Shown: positions 43,709 through 53,301 of the stretch, piece after piece | How positions within the stretch are numbered: position 1 is the stretch's first letter | How the letters are laid out: each line of letters begins with the position of its first letter | NCBI GenBank assembly: GCA_964463825.1 | Contig: CAYXEF010000005.1 | Span: 1 to 57,294 of the forward strand | DNA from: an uncultured Candidatus Cloacimonadota bacterium | GTDB taxonomy: Bacteria; Cloacimonadota; Cloacimonadia; Cloacimonadales; Cloacimonadaceae | Reading direction: 5' to 3' | DNA length: 57,294 bases | The notes under the pieces: generated by a model | The model's database searches: none | What the model was told of the DNA's origin: nothing | Seen by the model: only the letters and a program-made list of their open reading frames with translations | Program-made: the position numbers and the translations under genes

Positions 43709-45982
43709 TTAGAACGGAGGAGCCGGAGTCCAGTAGCGATAGATCGCCACGCTGGTTTCCGCGCTGACATTGGTGCCTAAGATACGGCCGATGATGGTTC
43801 CGCTGGTTTGGCCGGGTGTCTGTGTCAACGGATCTCCGGCCGGACATTCCAGTCGGTGGTAACGGATCTGACCCCAGGCCCAGCCCTGGTAGTCCCCGGT
43901 GCCGTAAGTTCCGTCATCGGTTATAATCCGCCAGGCCGGATCGGCTGGATAGTTGTTGTGGAATCCCGGTATGGCTACGAACTGCCCTTTTGTGGCAAGG
44001 AGCATAATCACGGCATTGCCGACCGGCTGACCCTGGCCGTCTGTAAGCACGGCATAAACATCGGCTGATTTCCAATCCGGCGAAGTATCGCCAAAGATTA
44101 GCGAAGCCGGGTTGGCCTGGATCTCGAAGCGTGGATCGTTGAGCGGCAGTTGCACCGTGGCATAGCCGTCCACGCCTTCGCCCTCAATCGCGCCGGTGCT
44201 GGCCCGGATCGTGATCCAGTCGTAGGTATAGATGCCGGAGTAGGTCAGGATCGTGTAGGCTACGCCTTCCAGCGAGTCCTCCTCCACGCTCACGTTGCCC
44301 ACATATGCAGCGCCGTCGATCTGGCAATTGGTGACATTGTTGATCAATTCGAAGAATACCGAAGTGCTTCGATCAACAGGATTACCGTAGACATCCTTGA
44401 CCACCGCGCCAGCTACCACGCGCCAGAGGCCGCCGCCCATGTTCTCACCGGTGTTGAATCCGCCGATAAAGGGCAGTACGATCGCCGGCGGTCCGGCGTG
44501 GATGACAATGTTGGCTTTGGTGGCTCTCACCCAGCGGAGACCGTCCTCACTCACCCAGGACGCTCGTATGATGAGGATGCCGGACTCGGTGCCGCTGTTC
44601 ACCGAGACCTGGGCCTCACCTCCATTTGAGATGGCCAGCACCGAATCCTGCACGGGATGATCGTTGAGATTGGCTCCCGCGGGCGGGCTGGAATTGACGA
44701 TCCTGAACCAGACGTCCTTGGGGGCGTCGATCAGGTTGCCGTTGATATCCAGCAACCGCACGCGCAGGATGGCGGATTCCACACCGCCGGTGTTGGCGAC
44801 ATTAAGGTCGATCTGAGCTTGTTGAGTGAAATTAATGGAATAGACATCGTCGGAACTGATGTAGAAGATCAGTTGGGTCTGCAGGGTGTCATTATTGGCA
44901 AAAGCCTTGATGGTGGCGGCTCCGGCAGCAAGGCCGGGAGTGAAGCGCACCTGGGCTTCGCCCATGTTGTCGGTGTTGATGGTCACAGTTTGGGTGGTGT
45001 TAATGAAAGTGCCCAGGTTGGTTTCAAAGCGCACCGGTTTAACCTGGCAGGGGTTGCCATGCAGGTCATTGAGCGTGGTACGCATGAAGATCTGATTGGG
45101 GCTGGACACGGAACTGGTGTCTGCTTCGACCAACTCATCACCCACCTTGACAAAGGACTGCAGATTGATCATCGCAGGCGATCCGGGGCGGATCAACACT
45201 TCCCGAGTGCTGCTCACGTCGCCGATGCTGGCAGTGACGAAGGCGTTCTCCACTCCCGGTGTGGTCGTGGCCAACGCCCCGGCGTTGTATTTGGCGTAGG
45301 CCCGTCCATTTACCGTTTCGGACACCACCGATATGCCCAGCACATTGCCGGCGTCATCCACAAACCTTCCTTTGGTGCAGGTGAAAGTGATCAGTGTGTT
45401 GTTGGGAACGGTTTGGTCAAGGTTGTTGGTGGCCAAAGCATTGATTTCCGTGGTTTGCATCACAGTCATGGGATAAGGATTGGCCTGGGACAGGAAATTC
45501 AGAGATACCGTTTCGATTGGAGGCACATCCACTATCGCCACCTGTACCTGCGTGGTATCGGCTGAGACGATGGAATCAGTCACGGCTGTTGAATAATTGC
45601 GGACCACGGCTGTGATGGTCGCCAACCCGACTTCACCGTCATCCCATAAAGTGGTGGTGGCCACTCCGGTACTGTCGGTGGAAACGTTGGTCAGAACACG
45701 GCCGACGTCAGTGCGGAAATTTACAAGTTGACCGGGAACGCCGAAACCTTCTCCATCTTTGATCATGACGCTGATCTCGGAATAGGTGATGTTGTTATCG
45801 GCGTAGATCGTGTCCGGCGAGGCGGTGATCTTGGTGATCACGCGCAATTGGTTGGGCGGAGGTGGGGGTGGGATTTCCGGCAGGATCGGCGGTGGATTGC
45901 GGCGGTCGCAGGATGTGGTGAGCGAGACCAACAATAGCACCATGATCGTCAGAAGGGGGATGATGCGTTTTAAGTTTTTCAT
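43709..45982 (-). CDS. Lipoprotein with poly-Pro linker and tandem invasin-type (Big_1) Ig-like domains
   Basis: Signal II ...LLVSLTTSC, PPPILPEIPPPPPP, repeated D..G..V....V.F.T..G...TD..G.A motifs; GGGGAG RBS. Confidence 0.75.
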   Translation of the reverse strand: MKNLKRIIPLLTIMVLLLVSLTTSCDRRNPPPILPEIPPPPPPNQLRVITKITASPDTIYADNNITYSEISVMIKDGEGFGVPGQLVNFRTDVGRVLTNVSTDSTGVATTTLWDDGEVGLATITAVVRNYSTAVTDSIVSADTTQVQVAIVDVPPIETVSLNFLSQANPYPMTVMQTTEINALATNNLDQTVPNNTLITFTCTKGRFVDDAGNVLGISVVSETVNGRAYAKYNAGALATTTPGVENAFVTASIGDVSSTREVLIRPGSPAMINLQSFVKVGDELVEADTSSVSSPNQIFMRTTLNDLHGNPCQVKPVRFETNLGTFINTTQTVTINTDNMGEAQVRFTPGLAAGAATIKAFANNDTLQTQLIFYISSDDVYSINFTQQAQIDLNVANTGGVESAILRVRLLDINGNLIDAPKDVWFRIVNSSPPAGANLNDHPVQDSVLAISNGGEAQVSVNSGTESGILIIRASWVSEDGLRWVRATKANIVIHAGPPAIVLPFIGGFNTGENMGGGLWRVVAGAVVKDVYGNPVDRSTSVFFELINNVTNCQIDGAAYVGNVSVEEDSLEGVAYTILTYSGIYTYDWITIRASTGAIEGEGVDGYATVQLPLNDPRFEIQANPASLIFGDTSPDWKSADVYAVLTDGQGQPVGNAVIMLLATKGQFVAIPGFHNNYPADPAWRIITDDGTYGTGDYQGWAWGQIRYHRLECPAGDPLTQTPGQTSGTIIGRILGTNVSAETSVAIYRYWTPAPPF

Positions 45983-46000
45983 GATATATCTCCCCTGGCA

Positions 46001-47470
46001 TTAATTGTCGTTGTCATCTTCGTCTGCGTCTTCAAACTCGATCAAGCGGCGGGTAAGCCGGTTGTCGATCTTGGGATCGCCGAGTTGGCCAGCATTTTTG
46101 GCTTCCTCGTCATAACGGAACTGATCGGCGGTGATCAGACGGGGCGTGATCTCCATGATCAGGTCGGTGTTTTCCACTTGTTCGTAGCGATGCTGGAACA
46201 GGCGTCCGACTATCGGCAGGTCGCCCAAGAGCGGCAGTCGTGATGTTCTCTGCGTGACGGTGGAATTGAGCAAACCGCCCACGATGATCTTGTGCTCATT
46301 GGGCACGGTCACTGTGGAGGTGATGCGGCGCACCTTGGTGCGAGGGACATAACCGCCCACCAGGTCGATGACGGAACTGACCTCGGGCGAGATCGTGGCG
46401 GTGATCTGTCCGATGTCATTAACTGTGGGCACGACCTTGAGCATGATACCCACTTGCTCGCGCTCCACCTGGATCTGCCGGTCGTTGTCGGTGACCACGA
46501 AGGGCACCACTTCACCAATGTGAATCTCGGCTTCGTTGCCGTTGAGGGCTGTGACGCGGGTGTCGGTCAGCAGTTTGGCGGCGTTGTTTTCCAGTAGCCA
46601 GTCGATGGTGATGTCGAAAGCGGTGAGCTGGCGGCTGAAATGTCCGATGTCCTTGAGGCCGTTGATGCGCTGGAAGTATTGCTGATCCGGCAGGACCCTG
46701 AAATCGGTTGGATCGCCGTGGGGCAGGTAGCCGGTTTGGTCCGTATAATTATAGGGCAGACCAGCACCATCGCTGTTGATGGGATCTTCCGCGATGATCG
46801 TGGTCAGGCTGTTCAGGCGGCTCCAGTCGATCCCGAATTTCTTGGAATCGCTGAGGCTGACCTCGATCAGGCGGACCCGGATCTCAATCTGTTTCTGGGC
46901 GACATCGATGCTTTCCACCAAGTTTTTGATGCTCTCAAAGGTGTCCGTGTTACCATAGACCATGATCGCATTCTGACCCTCCAATGGAACCACTACGCCA
47001 TCAGTGTTTTCCAAAGCCTTGCTGACTTTGTTGGCGTCCAAATTGTTTAGGTAAATGATGTGATTGCGCTCTCCGGCCTCTTCCATGATGTTCTGTTTGG
47101 TTCCCACCAGGAAAGTGTTTTCGCCGTAGATGCGGTAGGACAAACCGGCGGAACGGGCAACCAGTGAGACCGCCGTTTCGATCGGAACATCGCGGACGCT
47201 GACGGTGACGCGCTTTTGCTCTTTCTCAGCGCCGCCGGTCTGATCGGTGGCCAGTACGATATTGGTGTTGCTAAGACGGGCCAGGGTGCTCAGAACCGAG
47301 GATAGCGGTTCATCCATGCTGTTTAAAGTAACGGGTCGTCTGAGTGGGCTTGATTGCGCACCAAGCGTAGCGATCCCGAACAGAAAGCTCAGGACGATGG
47401 TGCAGACAACAAAGCGTTTGAGTACGAAGGCATGTAACATATTTTCTCCAGCTTCGCTATATTTTTGCAT
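46001..47470 (-). CDS. pilQ: Outer-membrane secretin (PilQ-like, short, no AMIN domains seen)
   Basis: KQIEIRVRLIEV, FGIDW, AEIHIGEVVP, VGIMLKVVP, IIVGGL, PLLGDLPIVGRLF, LIMEITPRLI. Start may be 47440. Confidence 0.85.
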   Translation of the reverse strand: MQKYSEAGENMLHAFVLKRFVVCTIVLSFLFGIATLGAQSSPLRRPVTLNSMDEPLSSVLSTLARLSNTNIVLATDQTGGAEKEQKRVTVSVRDVPIETAVSLVARSAGLSYRIYGENTFLVGTKQNIMEEAGERNHIIYLNNLDANKVSKALENTDGVVVPLEGQNAIMVYGNTDTFESIKNLVESIDVAQKQIEIRVRLIEVSLSDSKKFGIDWSRLNSLTTIIAEDPINSDGAGLPYNYTDQTGYLPHGDPTDFRVLPDQQYFQRINGLKDIGHFSRQLTAFDITIDWLLENNAAKLLTDTRVTALNGNEAEIHIGEVVPFVVTDNDRQIQVEREQVGIMLKVVPTVNDIGQITATISPEVSSVIDLVGGYVPRTKVRRITSTVTVPNEHKIIVGGLLNSTVTQRTSRLPLLGDLPIVGRLFQHRYEQVENTDLIMEITPRLITADQFRYDEEAKNAGQLGDPKIDNRLTRRLIEFEDADEDDNDN

Positions 47471-48015
47471 TAGTAATTCTGCTCTGATTGAGTCTGGCGT
47501 TGGGTCTCAACGCTGAAATCCGGCATCACGGGGCGGGGTTGGATCTCCAGGGTCAGAGGTCCGCCAAAATAGACTCCCACCTGCTTTTCGCTGATCCAGG
47601 TGATCCTCCTGCCCTCGATGATATCACCCACACCGCCGGAAAGGATCTTGTCCTGGTATTCCACCGTCACCAGCCTGCGGCCCGTAGATTGGTCGATATA
47701 GGTGCCTGTGGGACGGAAGGTGTTGCGCAACGCTTCCAACCACTCTTTCGTCAGGTCGAAACGATCTTTGATGATGTTCCCCTGACGTAAGGGATCCTTG
47801 TCGATGTTGAACATGAAACTCTGACGGTCCAGGATCGAGGATTCGATCGCCACCACGCGGCTTTTCAGAGTATCGGACACCGACTCGTTGGTGTGGATGG
47901 ATTTATCCCGGATCTTTTTGTTGGCGGCGTTAATACTGGCCAAGCGGATACCGTAGGCAAGCAGGAAGATGATGATCAGGCCGACGGCCAGGTCTTTGAC
48001 AAATCTCAGTTGCAT
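47470..48015 (-). CDS. PilP-position protein
   Basis: Lies between pilO and pilQ; N-terminal TM, KDPL motif, VGDIIEG...I..I beta domain. Confidence 0.55.
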   Translation of the reverse strand: MQLRFVKDLAVGLIIIFLLAYGIRLASINAANKKIRDKSIHTNESVSDTLKSRVVAIESSILDRQSFMFNIDKDPLRQGNIIKDRFDLTKEWLEALRNTFRPTGTYIDQSTGRRLVTVEYQDKILSGGVGDIIEGRRITWISEKQVGVYFGGPLTLEIQPRPVMPDFSVETQRQTQSEQNY

Positions 48016-48016
48016 G

Positions 48017-48571
48017 CTAGGCCTCCTTCTTTACCTTGAAGATCGACATTTCCAAAGTGATCTTGTATTTATTGGGCGCATTGGGATCTAGCTGGACGTT
48101 GCGGCCGCTGCCCTGAGTGGGGCTGATATCCAGATACTGGATCTTGATGATATGATTCAGGGCTTCCAAGGCCGATATAAAGCGTCCCATCTGCTGGAAT
48201 GTGCCTTCCAACTCCAAGCTGTATGTGGTTTCGATCATCCCGGCTTCCGCGAATTTGTTGGAATCCGAGATCTTGATCAATTTCATCTGGTTTACGTCAC
48301 GGATCTGTTCTATCTTCTTCTGGAACTCGTTCAGTTCATCCACTGAAAATCGCTCACTGGTGGTCAGGCTGTTGTTGATGATTTCCGAGAAGGCTTCCAG
48401 CTGTTCATCCATCAACATTGCGCTATTCAGTTTTTCCAGAGTGGTCTTGATTTTCTTGTCGTAACTCGTGACTTCGCTGCTGTTCTTCTTGATTGAGTTG
48501 CCTCCCAGCCAAAAGAAGAGAATGGTGATCAGGATCATGCCCAGAATGAACACATAGTACTTTTCGCGCAT
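48017..48571 (-). CDS. pilO: PilO-like alignment protein
   Basis: N-terminal TM, coiled coil, LELEGTFQQMGRFISALEAL..IIKI; position in the pilMNOPQ block. Confidence 0.7.
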   Translation of the reverse strand: MREKYYVFILGMILITILFFWLGGNSIKKNSSEVTSYDKKIKTTLEKLNSAMLMDEQLEAFSEIINNSLTTSERFSVDELNEFQKKIEQIRDVNQMKLIKISDSNKFAEAGMIETTYSLELEGTFQQMGRFISALEALNHIIKIQYLDISPTQGSGRNVQLDPNAPNKYKITLEMSIFKVKKEA

Positions 48572-49170
48572 TATTCGATCCTCCTTCTGCCAGCCAGGGC
48601 TTCCCGGCTGTAACACTCAATCACGAATTCCAGAATCTCAGTGTCCTTGGCGATCTGGCGGGTCTTGGAACCAGACTTGATCTCCGGAAAGTCGTTGCTG
48701 ATTTCAGGATCAGCCTTGAGCTTCTGGACGAATTCGAAGGTCAGGTCGCCTTCCTGGATGTTCCGGTTCACTTCGATAATACCGTTGAGGGTGAGCACAC
48801 CGTTGCTGTAGTTCAGTTTGCGTACTGCCAGCCGCTGGTCGATATTATCGCTGAGAGCTTTCAACTTCTTGGTCCAGAAGATGCGGTTGGCAAACGTCTT
48901 GGCCAGTTTGTCCACATCATTGGCTGAGAGGTATTCTCCGCTGGATTGGTATTTGGAGAGTTGGGAACTGATCTCGTTGTAGAATTTACGGCGGTTTTCG
49001 ACCTTCGTCTTCATCAGGCCGTTGAGATAGAACAAGCCGGCAAAGGCGAGCATAGCGCCCAGCAGAAAGATGATCACCGCGTTGCGCAGGGATTTGTTTT
49101 CCCGCTCCGCCTGGAGTTTCATCTCTCCGTATTTGTTCAGATTAACTTTGAAGTAAAAAGGAGCTGTCAT
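48571..49170 (-). CDS. pilN: PilN-like alignment protein
   Basis: KVNLNK motif, TM, coiled coil, W...L..LS, LTLNG; follows pilM. Confidence 0.65.
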   Translation of the reverse strand: MTAPFYFKVNLNKYGEMKLQAERENKSLRNAVIIFLLGAMLAFAGLFYLNGLMKTKVENRRKFYNEISSQLSKYQSSGEYLSANDVDKLAKTFANRIFWTKKLKALSDNIDQRLAVRKLNYSNGVLTLNGIIEVNRNIQEGDLTFEFVQKLKADPEISNDFPEIKSGSKTRQIAKDTEILEFVIECYSREALAGRRRIE

Positions 49171-49179
49171 ATTCACTTC

Positions 49180-50250
49180 CTATTCCGGGCGCATGGCCAG
49201 TCCGATCGCCAGAGCGAGCTGGGGATCTTTCTTGTCCACGAACTTTTCGGGCATTTCCACGTTGATGAAGGGCATGAAGACATCTGTGGGGATGCTCACC
49301 TTTTCCTGGATGTATTCCTGTAATCCCTTGAGCTTGGAGGTGCCGCCCATGATATAGATCTTGCGGAAATCGCTGTTACCCGCCTCTTTGACATAGAAAC
49401 GCAGGGAACGGCGGATCTCTTCCACAATGGCGTCTTCGGTTGATTTCTCGGAGATGTCCAAAACGCTGATCTTCTTGGCATCTGTGGCGTTGGGATCGTC
49501 CAGCAACCCCCATTCCATCTTGTAGTGCTCGGCCGCTTCATACTCCAGCTGGCGCCTGCGCATGATGTCGCGGGTGATGTGGTAACCGCCGAAGGGAATG
49601 TCGCGGGCAAAGAACTTGGCTTCCGGGCCCCAGATAATCATGTTGGTGCGGTGGGCGCCAAGATTAAGCAACACATACACTCCTTCCTCCACAAACGCGT
49701 TGAGGGCGAAGCTATTAGCCACTGCCAGCGAATCGATGTCCACGATGTTGGGATTAAGCCCGGCGGTGACCAGCGTGTTGGTGTGCTCGTTGAGCAACTC
49801 CTTGGAGGTGGCTGCCAAGAGGATGTTCATGTTGTTGGTTTTCTCTTCGACGTTGATCACCTGATAGTCCAGGATCATATCCGTGCCGCTGATCGGGATG
49901 TGTTTCTTGGCTTCAAAGAACAAAGCCGACTCCAGCTCGTCCTCGGGCAAAAAGATGGTTTTGATCTGTTTGATGCTGGTGTTGTCGCCTCCCACGGAAG
50001 TGACCAGATGCTGGATTTTCTTGGGATTGATGTGCAGGGTTTTCATGATCTCCACGATCACCGGAGCAAAGCGGTCCGGCCGCAGATCGCTGGGGATATA
50101 CTCCACCCCCACAGGAACAGTGGGCCTGATCTCGTAATTCAACAGCTTGAAGCCTTCATGCAGTTTCTTCAGGTGCACGACCTTCACGCTGTGAGTTCCG
50201 ATGTCGATTCCCACCGACTCCTTGAACTTGACTGTCTTAGTTTTTTTCAT
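49180..50250 (-). CDS. pilM: Type IV pilus actin-like protein PilM
   Basis: VGIDIGTHSVKVV, EAKKHIP, ILDYQ, NLGA..T, FGG..IT, EIRRSLRFY, MGGTS, AIGLAMR. Confidence 0.92.
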   Translation of the reverse strand: MKKTKTVKFKESVGIDIGTHSVKVVHLKKLHEGFKLLNYEIRPTVPVGVEYIPSDLRPDRFAPVIVEIMKTLHINPKKIQHLVTSVGGDNTSIKQIKTIFLPEDELESALFFEAKKHIPISGTDMILDYQVINVEEKTNNMNILLAATSKELLNEHTNTLVTAGLNPNIVDIDSLAVANSFALNAFVEEGVYVLLNLGAHRTNMIIWGPEAKFFARDIPFGGYHITRDIMRRRQLEYEAAEHYKMEWGLLDDPNATDAKKISVLDISEKSTEDAIVEEIRRSLRFYVKEAGNSDFRKIYIMGGTSKLKGLQEYIQEKVSIPTDVFMPFINVEMPEKFVDKKDPQLALAIGLAMRPE

Positions 50251-50282
50251 CGTTCCTCTTATCTATGACATTCTAATATCTA

Positions 50283-52205
50283 TCAGAGGTTTTCCGGAGG
50301 CCGCTTGATCACCCAGCTCATGGATGTGAGTGCGGTGCCGTCATCGCGTTGCACTTCCGGAAAATCGATTGGCGAGGTAAAGTAAAACCGGTTGTCGTAG
50401 TGATAGTTCTTATCGTAACCGACTCCGCCGCCACTGCAGCCCTGGGCATCCACATTCGTGAGCGTGAAGCCGAACACGGGATCCTGATGCGCCACGATGC
50501 CGGGGGCGCTGGAAGCGCCGCACAGATCCTGCGGTTGGTCCCAAATCGCTTGTTGGTTACCGCCGGGAGGCCATTCGCTGTCGAACATACTGCGGTGGAC
50601 AAATCCGCGGCGCCTCTGGCTGATGGAGCCATAAACGCTGATATAGCCGCGTTCCAGGAAGGGCAGGCGCTCCGGCCACAGAGGGTTGTACCAGGGGAAA
50701 TCGAGTTTGGTGTTGCGGGTGTAGGGGGCTATGGGTTTGGTAGCCCAGCGCCGCTCGTTGGTTTGTGGCAACTGGTAACGGTGGAGGTCAATCTTGGTGA
50801 ACATCGTGGGCACGCCACCAACCGTAGCCAGTATATCCGGCGTAGAGGGATGGGGGTGTTGATATTCGAAAGTGAATACTCCGTCCTTGAAGGTATTGCC
50901 GTGTCCATGCCCCAAAGCAGCCATGGCGGCGTAGATCCAGATGCCGGTGTTGCCCGGAGGTGGCCCGTCACAGGGCCCCAAAGCATCGTGATACCGCAGC
51001 GAATCCACCGGATGGCGGTAACCGTATTTGATCACGATTGATTTCTCTGAGACCAGGCCGACCACGTCGTTCTTGTTATTCAGCGGATCGTTGCCCACCG
51101 GGGTACCGGACAACAGGATGTCGTCCAGCAGGAACATGGTGTCTGCACAGCCCCAGGTCTGGTAGCTTTGGAAGGTGCCCTTGATCCAGAGCTTGCTGTT
51201 CACCCATTTGGAGGTGTTTGAGGCACTGCCGTTGGAGTTGAAGGACCACATGGTGTCGGAGACGCTATATTGGTTTCTCCAGATCGAATCCGCTGGGTTG
51301 GCGGGCGGGTACGTATTGTAAACCACCGAGTATTCACGATAGGGATCCAGCACTTCACCCAGGTATGCGGTGTAGCCAGTGCCTTCCACTTCCACATAGA
51401 GAATGTGGTCGGTGTCATAATACAAAGGTCCCACGGTATTGTTGCGCCTGCGGATAGTGGAAGCTTCCTCGGGAAACAAAGTGTAGGGATACTCCTCAGA
51501 CAGGCCGCCCTGAAACACGTCTTCCTCATTGTAAGTGCCGGATGCGGATTGCACATGTCCGGTGGTGGACACCAATCCCATGAAGGTGGGCCAACCGTCA
51601 TTGGGTCCGGTGGTCTTCTTGATCCAGATGTCCGTGTTGCTGTGCACGCGGCCATAGGTCAGGTCGGCTCCGTAAAAGTAGACATTCGCACCACTGGGCG
51701 AGGCGTCAGTATCCGTAAAATACATGAACTTGGCGAAGGTCTCGCTTTCAACTGTGTAGATGCCGTATTTGCGGATCATGGAAAACTTGGTGTTCATCAA
51801 AGCAGTCTGGCCGATGCCAGTCTTGGATTTGACCAGGGATCTGATCTCCGTGGTCTGCCTGCGGTCTCCGATCACCACGTCCTCGGTGATCTCATCCAGG
51901 CTGCCGTGGGCGAGCAGGGATTGAATGATAAAGGTCTTGCGCAGCGCTGAGTTCGTCACCTGGACATTGCGCACGGAAGTGCGGACAGGAATGATCACAG
52001 TGCCCAGTTTTTGGGCGATCACCTGTCCACGGTTGGCCTCACTGCGCAACAGCATCATGCTTTGAAAGCCTTCGAAATCAAACTGGAAGGCGACCACATC
52101 CCGCATGGCAAGGCTGGAAAGGGTAAACCCAGACATGGTGGCGATCACCATCAGCAGCATGGCGATGGCGATGTTGCCGCTCGGAGCTGAGAAGATCTTC
52201 GGCAT
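50283..52205 (-). CDS. PilX-like minor pilin with very large C-terminal domain (640 aa)
   Basis: GGAGG RBS; G|NIAIAMLLMVIA hydrophobic helix without Glu5; FAKFMYFTD...F.G.D...GRVHSN; follows PilV/PilW-like genes. Confidence 0.65.
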   Translation of the reverse strand: MPKIFSAPSGNIAIAMLLMVIATMSGFTLSSLAMRDVVAFQFDFEGFQSMMLLRSEANRGQVIAQKLGTVIIPVRTSVRNVQVTNSALRKTFIIQSLLAHGSLDEITEDVVIGDRRQTTEIRSLVKSKTGIGQTALMNTKFSMIRKYGIYTVESETFAKFMYFTDTDASPSGANVYFYGADLTYGRVHSNTDIWIKKTTGPNDGWPTFMGLVSTTGHVQSASGTYNEEDVFQGGLSEEYPYTLFPEEASTIRRRNNTVGPLYYDTDHILYVEVEGTGYTAYLGEVLDPYREYSVVYNTYPPANPADSIWRNQYSVSDTMWSFNSNGSASNTSKWVNSKLWIKGTFQSYQTWGCADTMFLLDDILLSGTPVGNDPLNNKNDVVGLVSEKSIVIKYGYRHPVDSLRYHDALGPCDGPPPGNTGIWIYAAMAALGHGHGNTFKDGVFTFEYQHPHPSTPDILATVGGVPTMFTKIDLHRYQLPQTNERRWATKPIAPYTRNTKLDFPWYNPLWPERLPFLERGYISVYGSISQRRRGFVHRSMFDSEWPPGGNQQAIWDQPQDLCGASSAPGIVAHQDPVFGFTLTNVDAQGCSGGGVGYDKNYHYDNRFYFTSPIDFPEVQRDDGTALTSMSWVIKRPPENL

Positions 52206-52234
52206 TATTCCTCCTTGGTGGGAAGATTCCGCTA

Positions 52235-52849
52235 TCATTTTTTGGTCATTTTGGTGGAGAATTTAATGGCACGGAAGTTTTCCGTGCCTGTCTTCACACG
52301 TGCGTGCAATACCACTTGGACGGCAAGTACTTCACTTTCATTGTTGATCTTCGAGATCTGGAACTTGTCCACGATCATCTTATCCAGGTTTTCCTCTTTG
52401 GGGAAGATATACAGCGGCGACGCCACCTGGATGCCGCGATGCATGTAAGTGCAGCGCACCGCACCGTCATAAAGGTAGAAGAGCGCAAAGTTCGGCGTTT
52501 GCAAGCCCTGGCTGGACGGCGGCGTGATGCGGATACCGGATCCGGTGTTGGTCGTGGTATTGATCAGCCTCAGCTGTTGGGCATTGGCGACTCCATAATA
52601 CTCCATGGTGTTGCCGCTTCCCACGGAGACGCCGTTCTTGATCAGGTTCAGGCAGTCCAGGGCGTCCTTTTGCAATTCGGCCCAGGCGGTCAGTTCGCGA
52701 TACTTGCGGAAGAACGCGCCGATCCCAACGGCTGCGACGGTTATCAGCATGGTCGAGATCAACACGACCACGATCATTTCGATCAGGGTAACGCCGCGTT
52801 GCTGTCTGAGAGATCTGCAAATGGGGCGGGGCATGGTGTCAGCGCTCAA
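52235..52849 (-). CDS. Minor pilin (PilW-like)
   Basis: RQQRG|VTLIEMIVVVLI class III signal; start either TTG 52849 or ATG 52834. Confidence 0.8.
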   Translation of the reverse strand: MSADTMPRPICRSLRQQRGVTLIEMIVVVLISTMLITVAAVGIGAFFRKYRELTAWAELQKDALDCLNLIKNGVSVGSGNTMEYYGVANAQQLRLINTTTNTGSGIRITPPSSQGLQTPNFALFYLYDGAVRCTYMHRGIQVASPLYIFPKEENLDKMIVDKFQISKINNESEVLAVQVVLHARVKTGTENFRAIKFSTKMTKK

Positions 52850-53301
52850 AAATAATCCTCCCGCATCCTGATGAAGCGTTCATTTCTGCTGCCGGGATCG
52901 ATCCATTTGAACGTGGCTTCCAGGTATACGAAATTCAGCAGCTGCTGATTGGAGGATTCCTGGCCAGCCTTGCGTTCCACGGTCATGTAACCCCAGATTC
53001 TGTGTTCCGGGTCCAGGTCATCCAGGATATATTGGCGGTTGACCTGGAGTTCGAAAGGCTTGTTGTTGGTACGGCGGTAGTACTCCATTTCCAATTCGCC
53101 GGCGACCAAAAGGGTCGCCACCCGGTCCCGGTAGTTGGTCAGCAGCTGCTTTTCGGCATAGACGATACCGATATAGATGGTGACCACAAGGATCACGATC
53201 ACCAGCATCAGGACCAGGGCTTCCAGCAGCGTGATACCGCTTTGCCGCCTGATCAGGCCTGGCGCCTGGATATTCCGGGCGCGGGTAGAACCGCTCATCA
53301 T
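52846..53301 (-). CDS. Minor pilin (PilV-like)
   Basis: RRQSG|ITLLEALVLMLV class III signal; ATG overlaps the pilT stop. Confidence 0.8.
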   Translation of the reverse strand: MMSGSTRARNIQAPGLIRRQSGITLLEALVLMLVIVILVVTIYIGIVYAEKQLLTNYRDRVATLLVAGELEMEYYRRTNNKPFELQVNRQYILDDLDPEHRIWGYMTVERKAGQESSNQQLLNFVYLEATFKWIDPGSRNERFIRMREDYF

